Under the pieces are notes generated by a model. The model was not told where the DNA came from. It saw only the letters and a program-made list of their open reading frames with translations, and ran no database searches. From positions 46,797-110,796 of the forward strand of contig JAAOMT010000198.1 of the NCBI GenBank assembly GCA_016748015.1: 64,000 bases of DNA, in the 5' to 3' direction. This stretch comes from Geosiphon pyriformis uo1 (Eukaryota; Fungi; Glomeromycota). The position numbers and the translations under genes were made by a program. The stretch's first letter is position 1, and each line of letters begins with the position of its first letter. Shown here one piece after another: positions 26,204-41,400 of the stretch.

Positions 26204-26695
26204 CGAAGAAGGAGGTTAAAATAATGATTTAATACTCAGGAGGAAATATTTAGAAAATAAATTCGAGTAAGAAACTAATTACATAGGCTAACTCGAAATA
26301 GGGAGGATAACAGATAAGAATGATTTTCATTAAAAAGAAAGCTCTAAATTGAATGGTGAATTTTCGGTTACACATTTTTTATTATCAACAAATATTAATA
26401 CTGAAAAAGGAAAATAAAAAAGATTAAATATTGAGGAGAGCCGAAAATTTATTATCAAATATTTGTTCTTAATTTTGACTTTGAAATGAAAAAAAAAAAA
26501 AACATCAACTAGATTTTTTTGGGTTGTTTAACTCGGTACCTGACAAAAAATTAATTAAGAGGCTTGGCAGAAAGAAAATATGTATAAAAAAGCAAGGCGA
26601 AACCGAAATTTTTATCGTTTAAACTTTATAAACTTTTGCCAGAGACTCCAAAGATAAGATCACAATTAATAAATTTTACTCAAAATTTGGAGAAA

Positions 26696-27890
26696 ATGTT
26701 AAAAATATCAAGAATCAATATACATCCATTTCCAATTTTTACTAGTTTTACTAGTTTTTTCTACTTAGTAGCATTCCTTTTGCTACTCTCTTTTCCATTC
26801 TTATTAGCACAAAATTCGGCCCCAATTTCAACCCTAACCCAAGCTGATATACAAAGGATATTCCTAGAAGCAATCCCTGGCGCTACACAAGAGCAAATTA
26901 ACCAAGTACTGTCCTCAATACAACCATTTATCGCTTCGACACCAATTCCCCAACAACCCGTTGAAGCTCCACCTCAAACTCAGGATGCTCCACCTCAAAC
27001 TCAGGATGCTCCACCTCAAACTCAGGATGCTCCACCTCAAACTCAGGATGCTCCAACTCAAACTCAGGCTGCCCCAGTTCAGACAGGTAATTTTCCCGGT
27101 ACTCACAATTTTTTGATTGTTTCTTTAGCTCGCGGCATGATTGTATCATCAATGATGCATATCAGCTGCTGAAAATATCGAACAATCTGAATTACAAATA
27201 GAAACCCCTGAATCACCAGCCCCACCCCCAATTGAAACTCCTGTTGAACAACAACCAGCCCCGCAACCACCACCAACTGAAACACCTGTTGAACAACAAT
27301 CAGCCCCGCAACCACCACCAACTGAAACACCTGTTGAACAACAATCAGCCCCGCAACCACCACCAACTGAAACACCTGTTGAACAACAGCCAGCCCCGCT
27401 ACTAACAGACACCCCAGTGCCTGAAACGAGTGCTTCTCAAAATTCTGCTAATGCTGTATTTTCAACTTCTACAGATTCAATTACTGCTACTTCTACACCA
27501 ATTGATGGATCAACGCCAACACCAAACGATACATCAATGCCAACACCAACTGATACTTCTACACCAACCGATGCATTAAGCGATACATCAACGCCGACAT
27601 CAACTGATACTTCTACTTCAACCGATACTACATCAACCGATGATACTACCTCAACAGATTCTACATCATCAACAGATTCTACATCATCAACAGACTCTAC
27701 ATCATCAACAGACTCTACATCATCAACGGACTCTACACCAACAGAAACATCAAGTGCTCAACGTCGAGTTTCATTGGAGGTTCTCGGATCCACCGGTCTA
27801 TTTGGAATCATTGGATCAAGTGGTTTGGCAATTTGGGTGATAAATTTTTTGATTGGATTTGTTAGCTTTTCTGCTATCGTTTCTGTTTAA
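26696..27890 (+). CDS. Pro/Thr/Ser/Gln-rich repetitive cell-surface protein (signal peptide, likely GPI anchor)
   Basis: ATG 26696, hydrophobic leader ending ...PFLLA|QN. GT-AG intron 27087-27165 keeps frame into ORF 27417-27890. Repeats: PPQTQDA (21 nt), PAPQPPPTETPVEQQ (45 nt), STDSTS (18 nt). C-terminus TSSA-QRR followed by a hydrophobic tail. Confidence 0.85.
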
Positions 27891-28884
27891 GTTTTTTTTT
27901 TTTTCGAGAAATAAAACTTTCCGTGTACAATCAAAGGACAAGAATTCAAGATTCGAATGCCTAGTAAAAAGCTTTAGTTATTGAAAATTCAATTTAGATA
28001 ATGTAATATTATATTTTAGATTTATCAATTTCGTTGTATCGTCTAGTTTAGATTCTTTTGTTCAATACACTCATATTATTGGCCGTTGATAAGAACTCCC
28101 GAAAATTTGATAATCAATGGCAAGTTTTTAAGATGATTTTTAACCTAATTAAATTAAATTAAATTCGCACCTCAGATCTCGTATCCAAAGTGTTTAGTAT
28201 AAGAGCTCTAATCACATTTTCTTAATTTCAAATTATCTCTTGCCAAGACATCTTTTGAAAAAAAATCTATTGGTTTTTGGGGAAAAGGTTTAGAAAAATA
28301 TATATATATGCCAAGTAAATTAAAATCTCATGATTCTCCAATATTTTTTGTTACGAACCCCGTTATTTGAATAGTCGAGAATTTAAGTTGTTTAGTCTAA
28401 ACCAGAAGCTTATTCTTGAATCCCCGAAAAAATTTCACGAATATGTGTTTTCTTAATAAATCTGACGTATGAGACTATCGCGATCTCAAAATTTTTAGTT
28501 GGCTTATACAATTGACTAATCACAAGCAGATTTTAATTAAACCATTGTTCATTGATTCCTTTTATTTATGCTAGTCGAAACTTCCCATTAACAATTTCTT
28601 GTTTGCTTATTAATTTATTTATTTGTTTATTTGTTTGTTTGTTTGTTTGTTTGTTTGTTTATTTGTTTTTTTGTTACTTTTAATATACCCAAACTCCTAA
28701 ATTAGTACAAGTGATAATACCAATGATGTGAAGACAAATTTAGAATTTCCAAGATTTCTAAATCTATGAATATATTGTTTATCTTCATCTCCTAAACAAG
28801 CATTTAAAAATACGGCACCATGATTACATTTTCAATATTTTTATTCAGAAAAAATTTAGCTCTCTATTCATATTATACATATTT

Positions 28885-29413
28885 TTAGTCAACTGCTCTT
28901 TTATCCATGTTATATTCGTTGATTACTTCTTCGACCTGTTTTTCGAACCAAGACTTTTTCGAGTTTTCAGATATGGGAATGAATGGTCCAGGAAGGTTTT
29001 CACGAACTATTAATAAAATTCCTGCTGGTTGAAGAGATATTGTTTGAAGATCTAGAATAGTAATAGAAATGTGAAGAAAAATTTTTATTATAAATGGCTA
29101 TAGATATCCAAGGGAATTGGCATAATACCAGAACATCGTTAACAAACCTTTGAATAAGACCTCCCATTCAACTTTTAATTTTTTAGTACGAATTTGCATT
29201 ATTCGCGTCCGAGTAAGCATTACCACCATATCATCTCTCAATTCTGAGTTTAAAAAAAATTAGGAAAATCAAGGGAGAATAACAAAATGTGACAAATCAT
29301 TACATAATAACAAGATCATACCAAGATGTGCCAAGTACTCTTCATGGAAATATTTTCCATTTTCGAGTTCTTTCAACCAATATTGTCCCTGAGCTTCTCG
29401 CTCTTGGTATGGC

Positions 29414-29455
<42 letters not shown>

Positions 29456-32400
29456 CATGAAAATCCAAGTCGGGAAATTTGATTTTAAGGAAAAATCTTA
29501 AAAATACTGAATACCCGTAAAATTCCATCACGTCCAACGTATCTTGGAAGCCGAGCAGGGATAATATCATTATCATCAAAAACGGTAGTCGTATTGCGTA
29601 TGCCTGTTTTCAGCAAAAAAAAACCACAAATGAGATTTGGTGTGAGTCATGATATTAAGATGTAATTTAATTCATACCTTCTGTGACATTGCTTGCCAGA
29701 TCAAATACACCAACAACGGGTTTTGTAACAAACCTATTTTTTTGGTTTTAAGGTTAGGTATTAATATTAGAACGGATATCTATATTCACAGCGAAGTCAA
29801 AACATACCCCACAAGGCCTTTTCCGAAACCTTTGACCAAACCAGCTGCCCCTTCTCTTCCAGCACCTTCGATTGGTTTCCGCTATTCATTCATAGGTCAA
29901 GATTCTCAATTAAGAAACCCACAAAAAAAGAAGAAGGAATAACTCCTAAGAAAAGGATGTTGCCTACCACTAATCCTTCAATACCACTTGTTATGCTGGT
30001 TACTAAGGAACTTGCTCCTTGCGTAACACCATAAAATGCATGTTTTGGACGGTTACGAAATTGTGCCATTCTTCGTCGATCTTGGAATGATTTGTCAAGC
30101 GTTGCAGCAGATAAACCTGAGGAGCATGGGATAAACGAGATTAATTAACCAAAGAAGCGATTTTAAGGTGATTGCAAACTTTGTAATGTCCTTGGCATAA
30201 AAACCTTTGCCGATGCTTCCAGTGAATTTAGAAACACTATCACTAAATCCATAGACAGTTTTCTTGAAGAAACTAACAGTTCCCTGAAATAAATAAAATT
30301 TTAAGATTCGACTGAATGTCGATTAAATCTTTCCAAATCTTTATCTTACTCTGGCAAGACCAATACCAAGATCCTGTGGCCCACTCATAATAAAACCTTG
30401 ATAAGGCTCGTAGAAAATTGCAGCAACTCCAGAACCGAGGTTATTGAAGAGGCCAACAGGATTTCCCAAAAAATCCGCTGAACCTACAATTTTATGAACC
30501 TTATAATTGACGATTAAAAAGGTAAATTATTCTTAAAATCGTGAAATAATTAAAAGGCGCAACCATGCTATTTATCACCTGATAAAAGAATTCTTGCCCA
30601 TAATGCTGACGAATACGATCAATCAAAACAGGTCCACTCACTCGCATGTTTTCCGTAAGTAAAGCATTTAACTTGATTGGAGCATCCTTTTACGAACGAT
30701 TAATAAGTACTAAAAACAAATTCCCTAATCAAAAAATTAATAAATAGCGTTTGAATAATTACATTGATATTTCCAATTGCCATAGTTAAGACGTTGAAGA
30801 AAAACATGATTGGATTCCGGGGTGCTGGTCTTTAGAGAAAGCATTGTTCAGGATTATAATTTAAGTCAAGTTTCGAAGGTTTTGTAAAGACTATCAAAAG
30901 TAATTCAGAAATAAATGGTACTTGTCTTCCACGTTGATTCTTTCGGTTCTCACAAATGATATATTGATCTTCATTGGCTGAATATGCAAAAACTCAAAGT
31001 ATAGTTGATTATCCCCTTCAGCTGATTTTGACTCTGGAATATCAAGGCTCCCATCGAAGAGTCGTCTACCCGGGATAATCATTATGAACAGAAATTTGAT
31101 TAGAAAATTAAATCTTCAAGTGGGGAACATTTGATTGAAAATTGAACGTACAATTCCTTCTCAGTGTCATCAGTGGTGAGACCCCGTAATTTCATAAAGT
31201 CAAGCAAGGCAAACAAAAAATCTTCATCCATCTCAAAGCTCATCTCTTGCAGCAGCATAGAAAAGTATTTTATGTATATAACACCATGGGCTATAAAAAC
31301 CTGAATTAGTTTATTTGTGTAAAGATGGAATTCAATATATTCTCCCAACAAGAAAATACTTGCAATCGTCCTTTGCCTTAATCAATGTAGCGTGGAAACT
31401 TGGAAGGCTTTCTTTCTCTTTGGTGTCTTTTGGAATAACAGTTGGATACAATATGATAGGATAGAGCCCCCCATAAAGTTGATTGTCAATCTGAAATAAG
31501 AAATAAAGAATTGAATTAATTCATCTAAATTATAAATCAATTACTAGTCCCAAGACAAAACCTGTAGCCATCGGACTATAAAGTTGATTGATTGATAAAG
31601 CGTAGAATCACTGTATTTCAGCTCCATGCTTCGCATAGATGCGTAAGCCAATTCCTGTTAATAATAAATATGCAATATAAATGACAATGTCAGGTAAATC
31701 AAAATACTTGAACATTTATATACCTGCATCCGTTTGTTAATAATAGAGATCCCAATTCCTTCAAGTTTTATATGGACACTAATCGTTGTAACTGAATCTA
31801 TGTCAATCTGCAAGAAAAAAAATTTATTGCGCACATTTTCCGAGTAATAAACGGCAAATGAAAAATAAATCAAAGACAAACCGCTTCGAAGCCATCTTCC
31901 CTTGTAATATCAGACTTAATCGAGGAAGTAATTGAAGGAGCCAGTGGCCGAAAAATACTTTCTGCTGGCTTATAATTTGATAGGTACACAACTTGCGTGG
32001 GCCCATCAGCTACTACCTCAATAGCCATTACACAATGTCCGCCTTCCTTCGACTATTTTTGATTGATCAAATTAATAAAGGACGAGCATACTGGTTCAAA
32101 ATAGCATTGATGAAGAGTATCTTATGGTAATTACCGGATATTTGAAAGGTACAAGTGATCCTATTTCCTGTATATTAATTACCCTCTCACGATCATTCAC
32201 ATTTACAACTAAACGTTTGTCTTTGCTAGCCGGGAAATCCCAGGAGTAATACTGAATATCCCCAGGAGCCAGGCTATATCTTGTAACGGTAGGTCTTGAG
32301 CCAGGAGCCTCACGTCGGTGCGGATCCTTGAAATATCCAATCATCATGATTATTTAAAAATTCTGTCCAAATTTATAAAAAAAAAGTGACAAGAATTATA

Positions 32401-35400
32401 CCTGTTGGTAAAACACAACAGTGTCATCAGAGAAATTTTCAATGCGGAACGGCCATTTTCCTTCTTCCTTACTAAAAATGATGAATATTGTGGCTTCCTC
32501 TAATAAAAATTCAGTCCGTATCAACTCGGGCTCTTGGTCTTTTTTACTCAATTTCACATGTACCCGGCCCAGTTCATTAATATTAAAGGGAGCAGACCTT
32601 ATTCAATAATTAATAAAGTTAATATATAAGTAATAAAGTTAATATATAAGTAATAATGTGAATTTGGGGCAGGAAATCGTTTTTTACCATGAATTACTGT
32701 GTCCCGGATAACAGATCGTTAACTGTTTAACATCGCCTTGTTTTAAAAAATGGAGAGCAGCACGATCTTTTGATTTTAAAAGAGTAAATTTTGACGATCC
32801 TGGTTCGCGAAAATTCAAATTCTCGTTCAGATTGTTTTTTAGTATAAATCGGGGAGTGAATATAACTATCTTGATGAGTTTATACTGCAATTGAAAAGGA
32901 GGTTTGTAATTAATGACGAAAAATTTGCACACTCGAAAATATGCATGAGAATTATAATAATTCTTTTTTACTTTCTGATGCCCTTCTTGTATGCTGACAC
33001 CGATGTGAATTTCTTCTGATCTTGCCGCTGATGGTATAACTACCTCCATAAAACTCCCAACAGCTTCGAAGCTTAAAGGCTGTGATGGAATCAAATTTCT
33101 TAGAATCTACAAAAAAAAGATATTCATAGATAGAAATCTAAAATTATTGTACCCTGCTCCAATTAGAATCTCCAACTTTCAACAAAGCTCTATTTCGAAT
33201 TTCATCATTAGGGTATGAGAACATGTATGGAGCGACCTGAAAAATAATTTCTAATTATAATAAACTTCGCTGGTGCATAATCCATTTTCAAAAAAAACTA
33301 TAGCTTACATGACGGCTGTGTTGTCGCCACCCTATATTATTTAATTAATAAATATTTAGAAAATGAGATATAAAGAAAATCAACACAATTTTAAAGGTTA
33401 CTTAAGATAACCTTGTCCTGCGGCAATCTTGGCTGACTGTAAAAGCGATTGAGATTTGAATACCATGTCAAGGCCCGTCTTGTTTATCATTACGTAAGGA
33501 CTATAAATTGTGAATTTGAATGCTCCACCCGAATCCGGAATTTCGCTTTAAGTGGTAAAGATTGATTAGATTCATATTTATTTAAAGAACTAAAGCCGTG
33601 CACGAATAATTGAGAAATAATTAATAGCATTACTAATAAAGTATTCGCAGGTTCAATTTCAATCCTTCAGGATCCGTGAGCGTCAAAGTATTATCGACCT
33701 TGAAATCTTCGTTAGGAGTGCTAATGATTGCCCAATCACTTGGTCTGAAATCTAAATTTGATTATATGAGAAATATAGTTACGAATCCTCGGAAGGATAG
33801 TTTTATTTAAGTATTAATACCTGTTTCTAAAACTTCGACGCTGAGCAACAACAAATGGCCCAATTCAACCAAATGCAAAGCAGTAACACCCCCCTTCTGC
33901 AGTTGATTATTAGGCCAATCTTGTTTGGTACTTTTGTCAAATACGCGAAATTTGCAGTCGTACGGTAGCAGATTCTCGACTTGGACAGGTGCGCTTAGAC
34001 GAATATTCATACATGGATACTCTCTAGTTGAAAGAAGAGCGTAAAAATAAATCGAGTATGAACGTTTGTGTGATGAAAAAATTTTATCCAAGGTAATTTT
34101 GAATGAATCTTGACACACTTGACAAGTGGATCATTTCTTTTATACAGAGCAAAAACTTGGAATCTAAACGGGACTGCCTTTTGATAGGATTTGCATCCGA
34201 TTGATTTTATAGGATCTCTCTTTGTAAAATCTTGCCAGTATAAACTGGTCGCACTCCAATTATAACCAAAGCCACCTGTGATTGAATAAGATGAAATAAA
34301 AATAACCATGAAGTATAGCTAATCTCAATTACTTTTATATGGGATATTACCTTCGGGTCGAAATTTCAGTCGATTATGAAAGACGGATTCGATAGGAACG
34401 GGGCAGTCTTCACCCGGAGCTTATAAAATCTCGAGTTACCAATCATGTTTCTTTACTCTTATTCAAAAAGATATCTTTTTCACATACCTATCTGGTGAAT
34501 CCTCGAGACATTTTCCTCTTGAGAATCAACTATCATCATTTCAATATTCAATAGTGTACGATTCTCAACCACAAGAGACGAGCGGAATGTCACATATTTT
34601 ATATTGTCTATCAATTTAATGTCACAAACAAGTCTATGCGAAACTTTTTTTAACTTGGGGCGCAGTATATACAATGTTTCACCCTCCCGATCAACAGAAA
34701 TGTTTTTGATACTTTCCCAGCTGGCTCCTTCAAATTGAAGCCCCAGCAAATTTTTTGTGACAGCCATATTCTGAGGGGAAATATTTTAACATAGTTTGTG
34801 AACCACAATATTCTGCTCCGAAAATTAAAACTTTGAATCATACCTCACGTGTTTTGCGCCAATCATCAAATCGCCAATTTGTGTCCTCACCATCCGCCAA
34901 TTTTTGAATGACAGTGTCCATGTTATCACTTGGCGACACTGCCCAAACATGCATATCGCAACCTGTTCTGTTCCTCAATATATAGGGTGTTTTTGACCCT
35001 CTAGCAGTATTCAATACGTGCTAAATTGAAACATAAATCTCAGTTTAGATAAGGCAATCACTTCACAAAACAATTGATTAAAAATCTGGAACCGACCTCT
35101 CCTTCTTGGTCAAAAATCGAAAGGCTGGTCAACATTGTCTCTAAAAATATGTGCGTAATATTGATCTCCAATCTTTGTTGAGAAGATATATCAACAACCA
35201 AGCATTCGCTATTCAAAGCTTTGGAGGCCTAATATTTATTACATCAACGAATATTAATGAGGAAAATCTCCAACATCCAGAATCAAGTTTATTCTTATAT
35301 ACATGTAGAGTGTATTGCCATGGTTCGATTAACGGTTCCCAATGAGAGTTTGTCAAGTTGAAATAGTTCACATAGGAGGTGAAGGCGGTTTCTACACTTA

Positions 35401-38400
35401 TCTGTTAAAGAATAGTTAAAATTTTTCTTCAGATTAGATGGAAAAAGAATGAGTAAATTTAAATTTTACTTGAGATGACCAATCAGCAACATCAATTGTA
35501 AATTTATCTGCATTCATGTCAACCATTGGAATGTTATGTTCATCAACTATCATGATAAGCTGAAGACCATCGAACTTGGCGGTCAACTAAGCGATAAAAT
35601 GTGAGCCAAATGAAAATATATTTAAAAAATTTGTAAACTCAAGTTCACCTATCGGAAATAACCTAACCTTTTCCCGCGTAGCAGATTGTTCCTCATTTAA
35701 ACTCAAATTGATTGCAGCTGGATCTTTTCTAGTAGCGTTATAATTACTATAATCAAACGATCTCGAAAGTGTCCCGGGATTTCCAGTCTCAGAAGCTTTA
35801 TCTTCGACAATGGAAAATGCAGCAGACTGCGAGGATAGTTCAGAAAGCTTGTTCAAAATGGACATGATCAGCATGACATCACGATATGATACTCTTAATA
35901 TCATATTTCCAACATCGACATTAATTTCCGTAAGTTGTGGGGTTCGAGTATCCATAGACATTGCAATATCGAAGTTATCGATCCATCTCAATTGAGTAGC
36001 CACCCTTTTATCCATTCGACACAAGAACATGCCTAACTTCGCCAGTGTCAATGCCATGATGCCTTGCTGTGTTGCAACGATTTGTTCTGCTGATAAAACT
36101 ATCGCTTCTGTAGTAGCCTGTTGAGGATTTGCCAAAAGAATTATTTCGGCATGATCAATGGTTACACGATAATTTAGAGAATAGATTGGCGCTTCTGAGG
36201 CTTCCTGAATCGGTGTCGACATGGGCGATGCTGTCAATAATCGTTGTTGAAGGCTTGTCGATGGTTGGAGAACAGAAGGTCCAACTGGAAGAGTCGATAA
36301 ACGAGCAGGTTTAAAAGGTTTGGGGGGAGGAATAGGATATGGTTCAGTCGCAGTACGTCTCAAAACCATGATCTGCTTGGACTTGGGAGATGCAATTTCA
36401 GTAGAAGGGGAAGTCTCAAACGCACTCATAAAGAAATCTCTAACGGCAAATATGTGATCAAGAGCAAATATTATTTTTGGACTGTCTAACGTTACAATCA
36501 CTACAATGTAACGGTCAGGGCCACCAGACTGTTGGAAATTAACCAAAAGTTGTGGATTGTCTTTCTTGACGGCGGGCATCAGTTCTCTGAACACGTTAGA
36601 AATATTTGGTCTAGTGTCGTTGAGAGTGAAGGACTGAAGTTTTAGCTCTGCTTCCATCGCGCCATCAGTAAACATTTTGAATTTAGCATCAGTTTGATTG
36701 AGCGAGAATGTTGATAAACTCTTTTCAGGTAATTTGTGTGCTTGAGAAACATCCCCGGAAAATATCTCTAGATAAATTTGATTGACGTTAAATGTTAAAT
36801 CAATTGATGTCCAAATTTTAGCTTCACTATCATTGGAGTTGGATTGCGTAGTGGCTTTGAGAGTTTGAGAAGGGCTTTGAGGGGGGTTGGAATATAGGTT
36901 TGCCTGAGTTTGGGTCTTGCTACCAACGTTTTCACCAGTGCCACCACCTAACACTCGAAGAACAGAATTCGATACTTCCATCAATGACCTATATTGTTTT
37001 TCTGTTAAATTCATCCGAACATCGGACATTTTCCCCGCAATCTGAAAAATAGGAAAATTTTAAATAATAGTAATGGCCAAAATATAACAGAAAAATTAAT
37101 TCGGCATACCTCCATATCAGGTCTAGATGAACCATCAACATGTTCAGCGGAAGAAATTTTGAAATTAATATCGACATTCTTAATAATTTGCAACTCTTGG
37201 AGCCCTTTTTTTGAATAGAATTCTGATGTCATATGAATAGACTTCAATTCTGCTTTAATCTCTGTCAAAAATCCACTGCCATCATCATTCGGCAGGAAGC
37301 GGTTGAAGGCTGAGAATTCACCTAAATTGGCAACCACCTGGTCTTTTGATTCTGCACTCACTGGGAATTGAACAATTGGTGTAGGTATAACAATGTCAAA
37401 ATGAAACTTTTCTACTTTTTCTTGAAATTGTGCAGCCTGTTCGTATGCAGCTATGCGAGCAGCATCGTACAAGCCCTTCATTTGGGCAAATTTACTACCA
37501 AACTCCATAAGGAGTCGAATAGGCTCTTCAAGGAATGTCAATCTTGCGGAGCCAGTACGCAAGTATATCATTGAATCAAAACCTGGATAGGTAGGTTCTT
37601 TCTCATCATATGTTTCATACTTGAATACCGCAAATTCTTCGCCTTCAATTGTAAGTAATTTCCGATGAGAACTATTGGTTACGTGTTCTGAGATATCATC
37701 TTTTAGAGAAAAATCCCCGATCCTAGCCACTACTCGCATAGTATTTTGTCTCATAAGGACTGCTACATCGGCTCTAGATAATTTTCCGGTCGCAAGCCTT
37801 ATACCATCATTGTTCAAAATGAAAACTATACTATTCAATTTGACCTTTACCCGCATTGTATCTGACTTTGATGGGTGAGGCTTATGGACTTGTTGGGAAT
37901 CTTGCGACGAGTCAATTTGCAGATTTTGATCGGAGGAAGTTGGGGTAGCAGTAGCATCAGGAGGTGCAGTGAATGTGTCAAGTATAAAATTATAAAGGGT
38001 CAGAATGCTCCTACGAGTTATGATAACGTTTATTGTTGAAAGTTCGATATCGACACTTTGATTGATCCCTTCAAATTTCGACATATATTCTGGAGATAGA
38101 ACATTAACACTAGTATACTTGACATGCACAAGATTACTGGAATCTCCTTGGGTAGTACCATAACCCTCAGAAGAAGCTAGATGCTTGAATTCGGATCCAG
38201 AATAGGACATCTTATCTTCAACGTTGAGTGATTTGAGAACAACTTCCGCTGACATATCAAATGGTCGAAGAACAAAATGCAAACCAAAATGCTCCAAGAC
38301 CATGTCAACCAAAAGCGTCTCCGATTTATTTCGATCATGGTTTGCTTTTTTCACTGTGGTCGAAAGTTTATCGATCTGAAACTTAAACTCGAATATTTTC

Positions 38401-41400
38401 TGATTGACTTTTGCAGTGTTTGGAATCTAAATTCAAAAATAAAATGATATATTTTGACAAAATAAAGAAAAGGACATTAGCCATGATATTATATTTGAGC
38501 TTACCTCAGATTCTTCTGCATCATAAAATTCATTTTCTTCTGTGTCCTCTCCCTCGCTCTCGCTATCAATATAATAATCAGCGTAGCCCTTGCCAAGGCC
38601 AAGCCTTTCACGTATCACCATAGAATCTCGTTGGTTCAATTCCCAACTATTTGGCTTTGGGCTTTGCAGAGTCAATTTCGCCACATTAGGCATTTCAGGC
38701 TCGAGTTTGATTTCCTCGGAAGTCTCACTTTGCGGTGTTAATAAATCGACAATTCCCATTAAAATTTTATACTTTCGATTCGAGAAATTAACTTTTAAAA
38801 GTGGTAAATGTCCAGATATTCGGAATTTTGTTAAATTAGAGGCTTGAGGTAATATAGACATTTCAAATAAGAATTGTAAATTCATTCGATCGATAAGATG
38901 GAGATCATGTTGGGCATCAGGATTGCGTATTTGCTCGAGGCAACGGTCAACAGACTCCCCAACCAAGAGCTTTTTAAAATGGTAAAACCACTAGATCAGA
39001 TATTTCATAAATGCACAAGTTTTAGAAACGAGATAAAAATATTACCTGAGTGGAAGATAAATCTACAGAGAACCGATCATACATTAAAGACTCGAGATGC
39101 TTATGGTCTTCCTCACTATAATTAGCGTTCGCTTTAGATTGTATGTCTTCTTTGACAGACTTGCTTACTAAATTACTGGCTACCCTGATATGACCAGAAT
39201 CCAAAACGACAACATGAGCATCCTTTCGTGTGCAGCTTTCAGGTATAATTATTATTGGCGCCTTCATATCAATCTTTACGTCGATGGTTTTGTGCTCCTC
39301 CAATGCATACTCTAAACCTGCTCTAGTTTGAGCCCTTATCCCTTCAATTGTGTCACCAGCTGCTTCCTGCAAAAGATATGAAATTATAGGCATGAACATT
39401 TTGATACTATTTTAATCTAAAAGACTACCATGAAAAAATGGAAATAACCTACAATTAGAGTAGAGATCGATTCCAGCTGTTGTTCAGGGGGCTTAAAAAA
39501 TTCTATTACCGAATCGATTGCATTCTGATTGTACACAATTTCCAAAGGTCGCATCCTCATCGATAATGCATTGTCGGCACGACCATCAAGTGGATTGCTT
39601 TCAAATATTAGTTGAAAAAAAGGATTTTTGTTATTTTGGTCGATTCCAACTTTACTGGCAGGATTTGTTTCTGAATCGCCAAAATTTCCATAATTTTCGT
39701 TTTCTTTCTCAGGATTGTATTCTTTCTTGACTCGAACGATCTGAGGGAAGAAAGTTCCTTTCGTCGTTCCATCATCGACTATTAAACTTCCAAGAGCACT
39801 TTCAGCTTGAAATGAATCCAAACGTTGAATGAAATTAGTAGTCACAATATCAAATGTCAAACACAAAATATTGACATTTTTTCCTCGGGGATCTTTTTTT
39901 AGTGTAAAAGATCCGGTTTTAAGTTTTGTTTTTAGTGAAAGTTTTACCGCCTAGGCGTAAGAATACAAAATGAGTGAATAATTCATGCAAAAAAAAAGAT
40001 GTCTTGGTTTACCTCTCTCGGAATATCAATTGCACTTGTCACTGCTGCTTTCTCATCAAAATCGATTGCATTATACAATTCTTGTCTCTGTTCTTCAGTT
40101 AATACCGAATCTACATCTTCGGCAGTCTAAATGATTGGAAATCAGGCTTAAAACCGATAGTTCGGTGAAAAACATGATTTAAGCTAATAAAATCTAGGAT
40201 ATGACTGAACTCACATTTGTATCCGTTTGAGAGCCATACCACCAACCACCCAACCAAGAACTTTTTGGCTGTTGTTTTTGTTCTTCTCTTCGGATTTTTG
40301 CTAAAGGAAAATATAAGATATGAAACAATTTTGTAAAAAAAAAAAGATCATAAACACGATAAAATACCAGTTAGTGTTTTTTCTTTCCGTAATTGTGATC
40401 GCGCAATCGATCTGTAGAATCTAATATCCTCGAAGCTGAGCTTTCTCTCAAGGGCAGCTAACTTGGGATAGTCCTATATCAGAAATTGAAAAATCAGCAA
40501 CGAGATAATATATAAGATGAACCTCAAGCATATATACGAAATTATCCAAATTCAATATACATCAGCTGGCAATCGTCCAAGCAACTTATTTTTGTAATAT
40601 TCAATATAATTGATTCGATCATTACGACGTTCGGCAAAGTAAGGCCACGTTAGCTTACGGTTACGCTCGCGGATTTCAGATAAAATGCATGTTATAGCGA
40701 ATTTTAACCATGCCCTTGGATCTTTTTTAGGGGTCACTTCTTTTGGTGGTCGGAATTTTCGATACTTGGTCGAACAATACATGAAATTAATTTTTGATTG
40801 TGTATGACTGAGAAGTAGCAAACCCATAATTGAATGCCAACCTGTTGTTGCCTCAGGTAGAAATGAAATAGCCCGATCATCAACAAACCATCTCTATATT
40901 GCTCGTCATCCAGTACAAATCCTAATTCATCAAACATAAGTGTTGCAGAAGTTTTAGGAGTTGTCACATCGGCATTCTTATTCATGGTTACCTAAGAAAT
41001 TGAGATTTGAATATTTGATATCCTAACATATGATTAAACTCAGAAAATAATTGACACTAACGCGACCGGTGCCAGAAACGGGTTTGAGAATATATTGATG
41101 TTCGGTTGGGATATTTTTCTCGGATGCAATCTGTTAAAAAGATTAATAAGTAGCTGTTATGGTAAGATTTTCGGCCACCAGATGAAATAGGATATTAATA
41201 CTCTACCAGCTCAGTGAAAAGTTGAATAGCCTCTACAAGGGTCTTCCCCGAGAGAGACCTTGAATCTGTGTTCCAATAGATGGCCAATGAGCCCAAAGTA
41301 ACTAACTAATAAAATGAGTGATAATTTCACGTAAGTCCTATTTTTAACTAAAATTGAATATTTTCAAATAGATCAAGTACTTTATGGATTGATTGAGTCT

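Noticed and set aside
26968-27400. Regularly spaced repeats as a possible CRISPR array
   Set aside because: They are in-frame coding tandem repeats with no unique spacers, in a eukaryotic context.
26915-27412. Minus-strand repetitive ORFs (HPEFEVE, GGGCGADCC, VVVAGLIVVQQ)
   Set aside because: They are antisense shadows of the plus-strand repeat protein, which has a signal peptide, an intron and a GPI-like tail.
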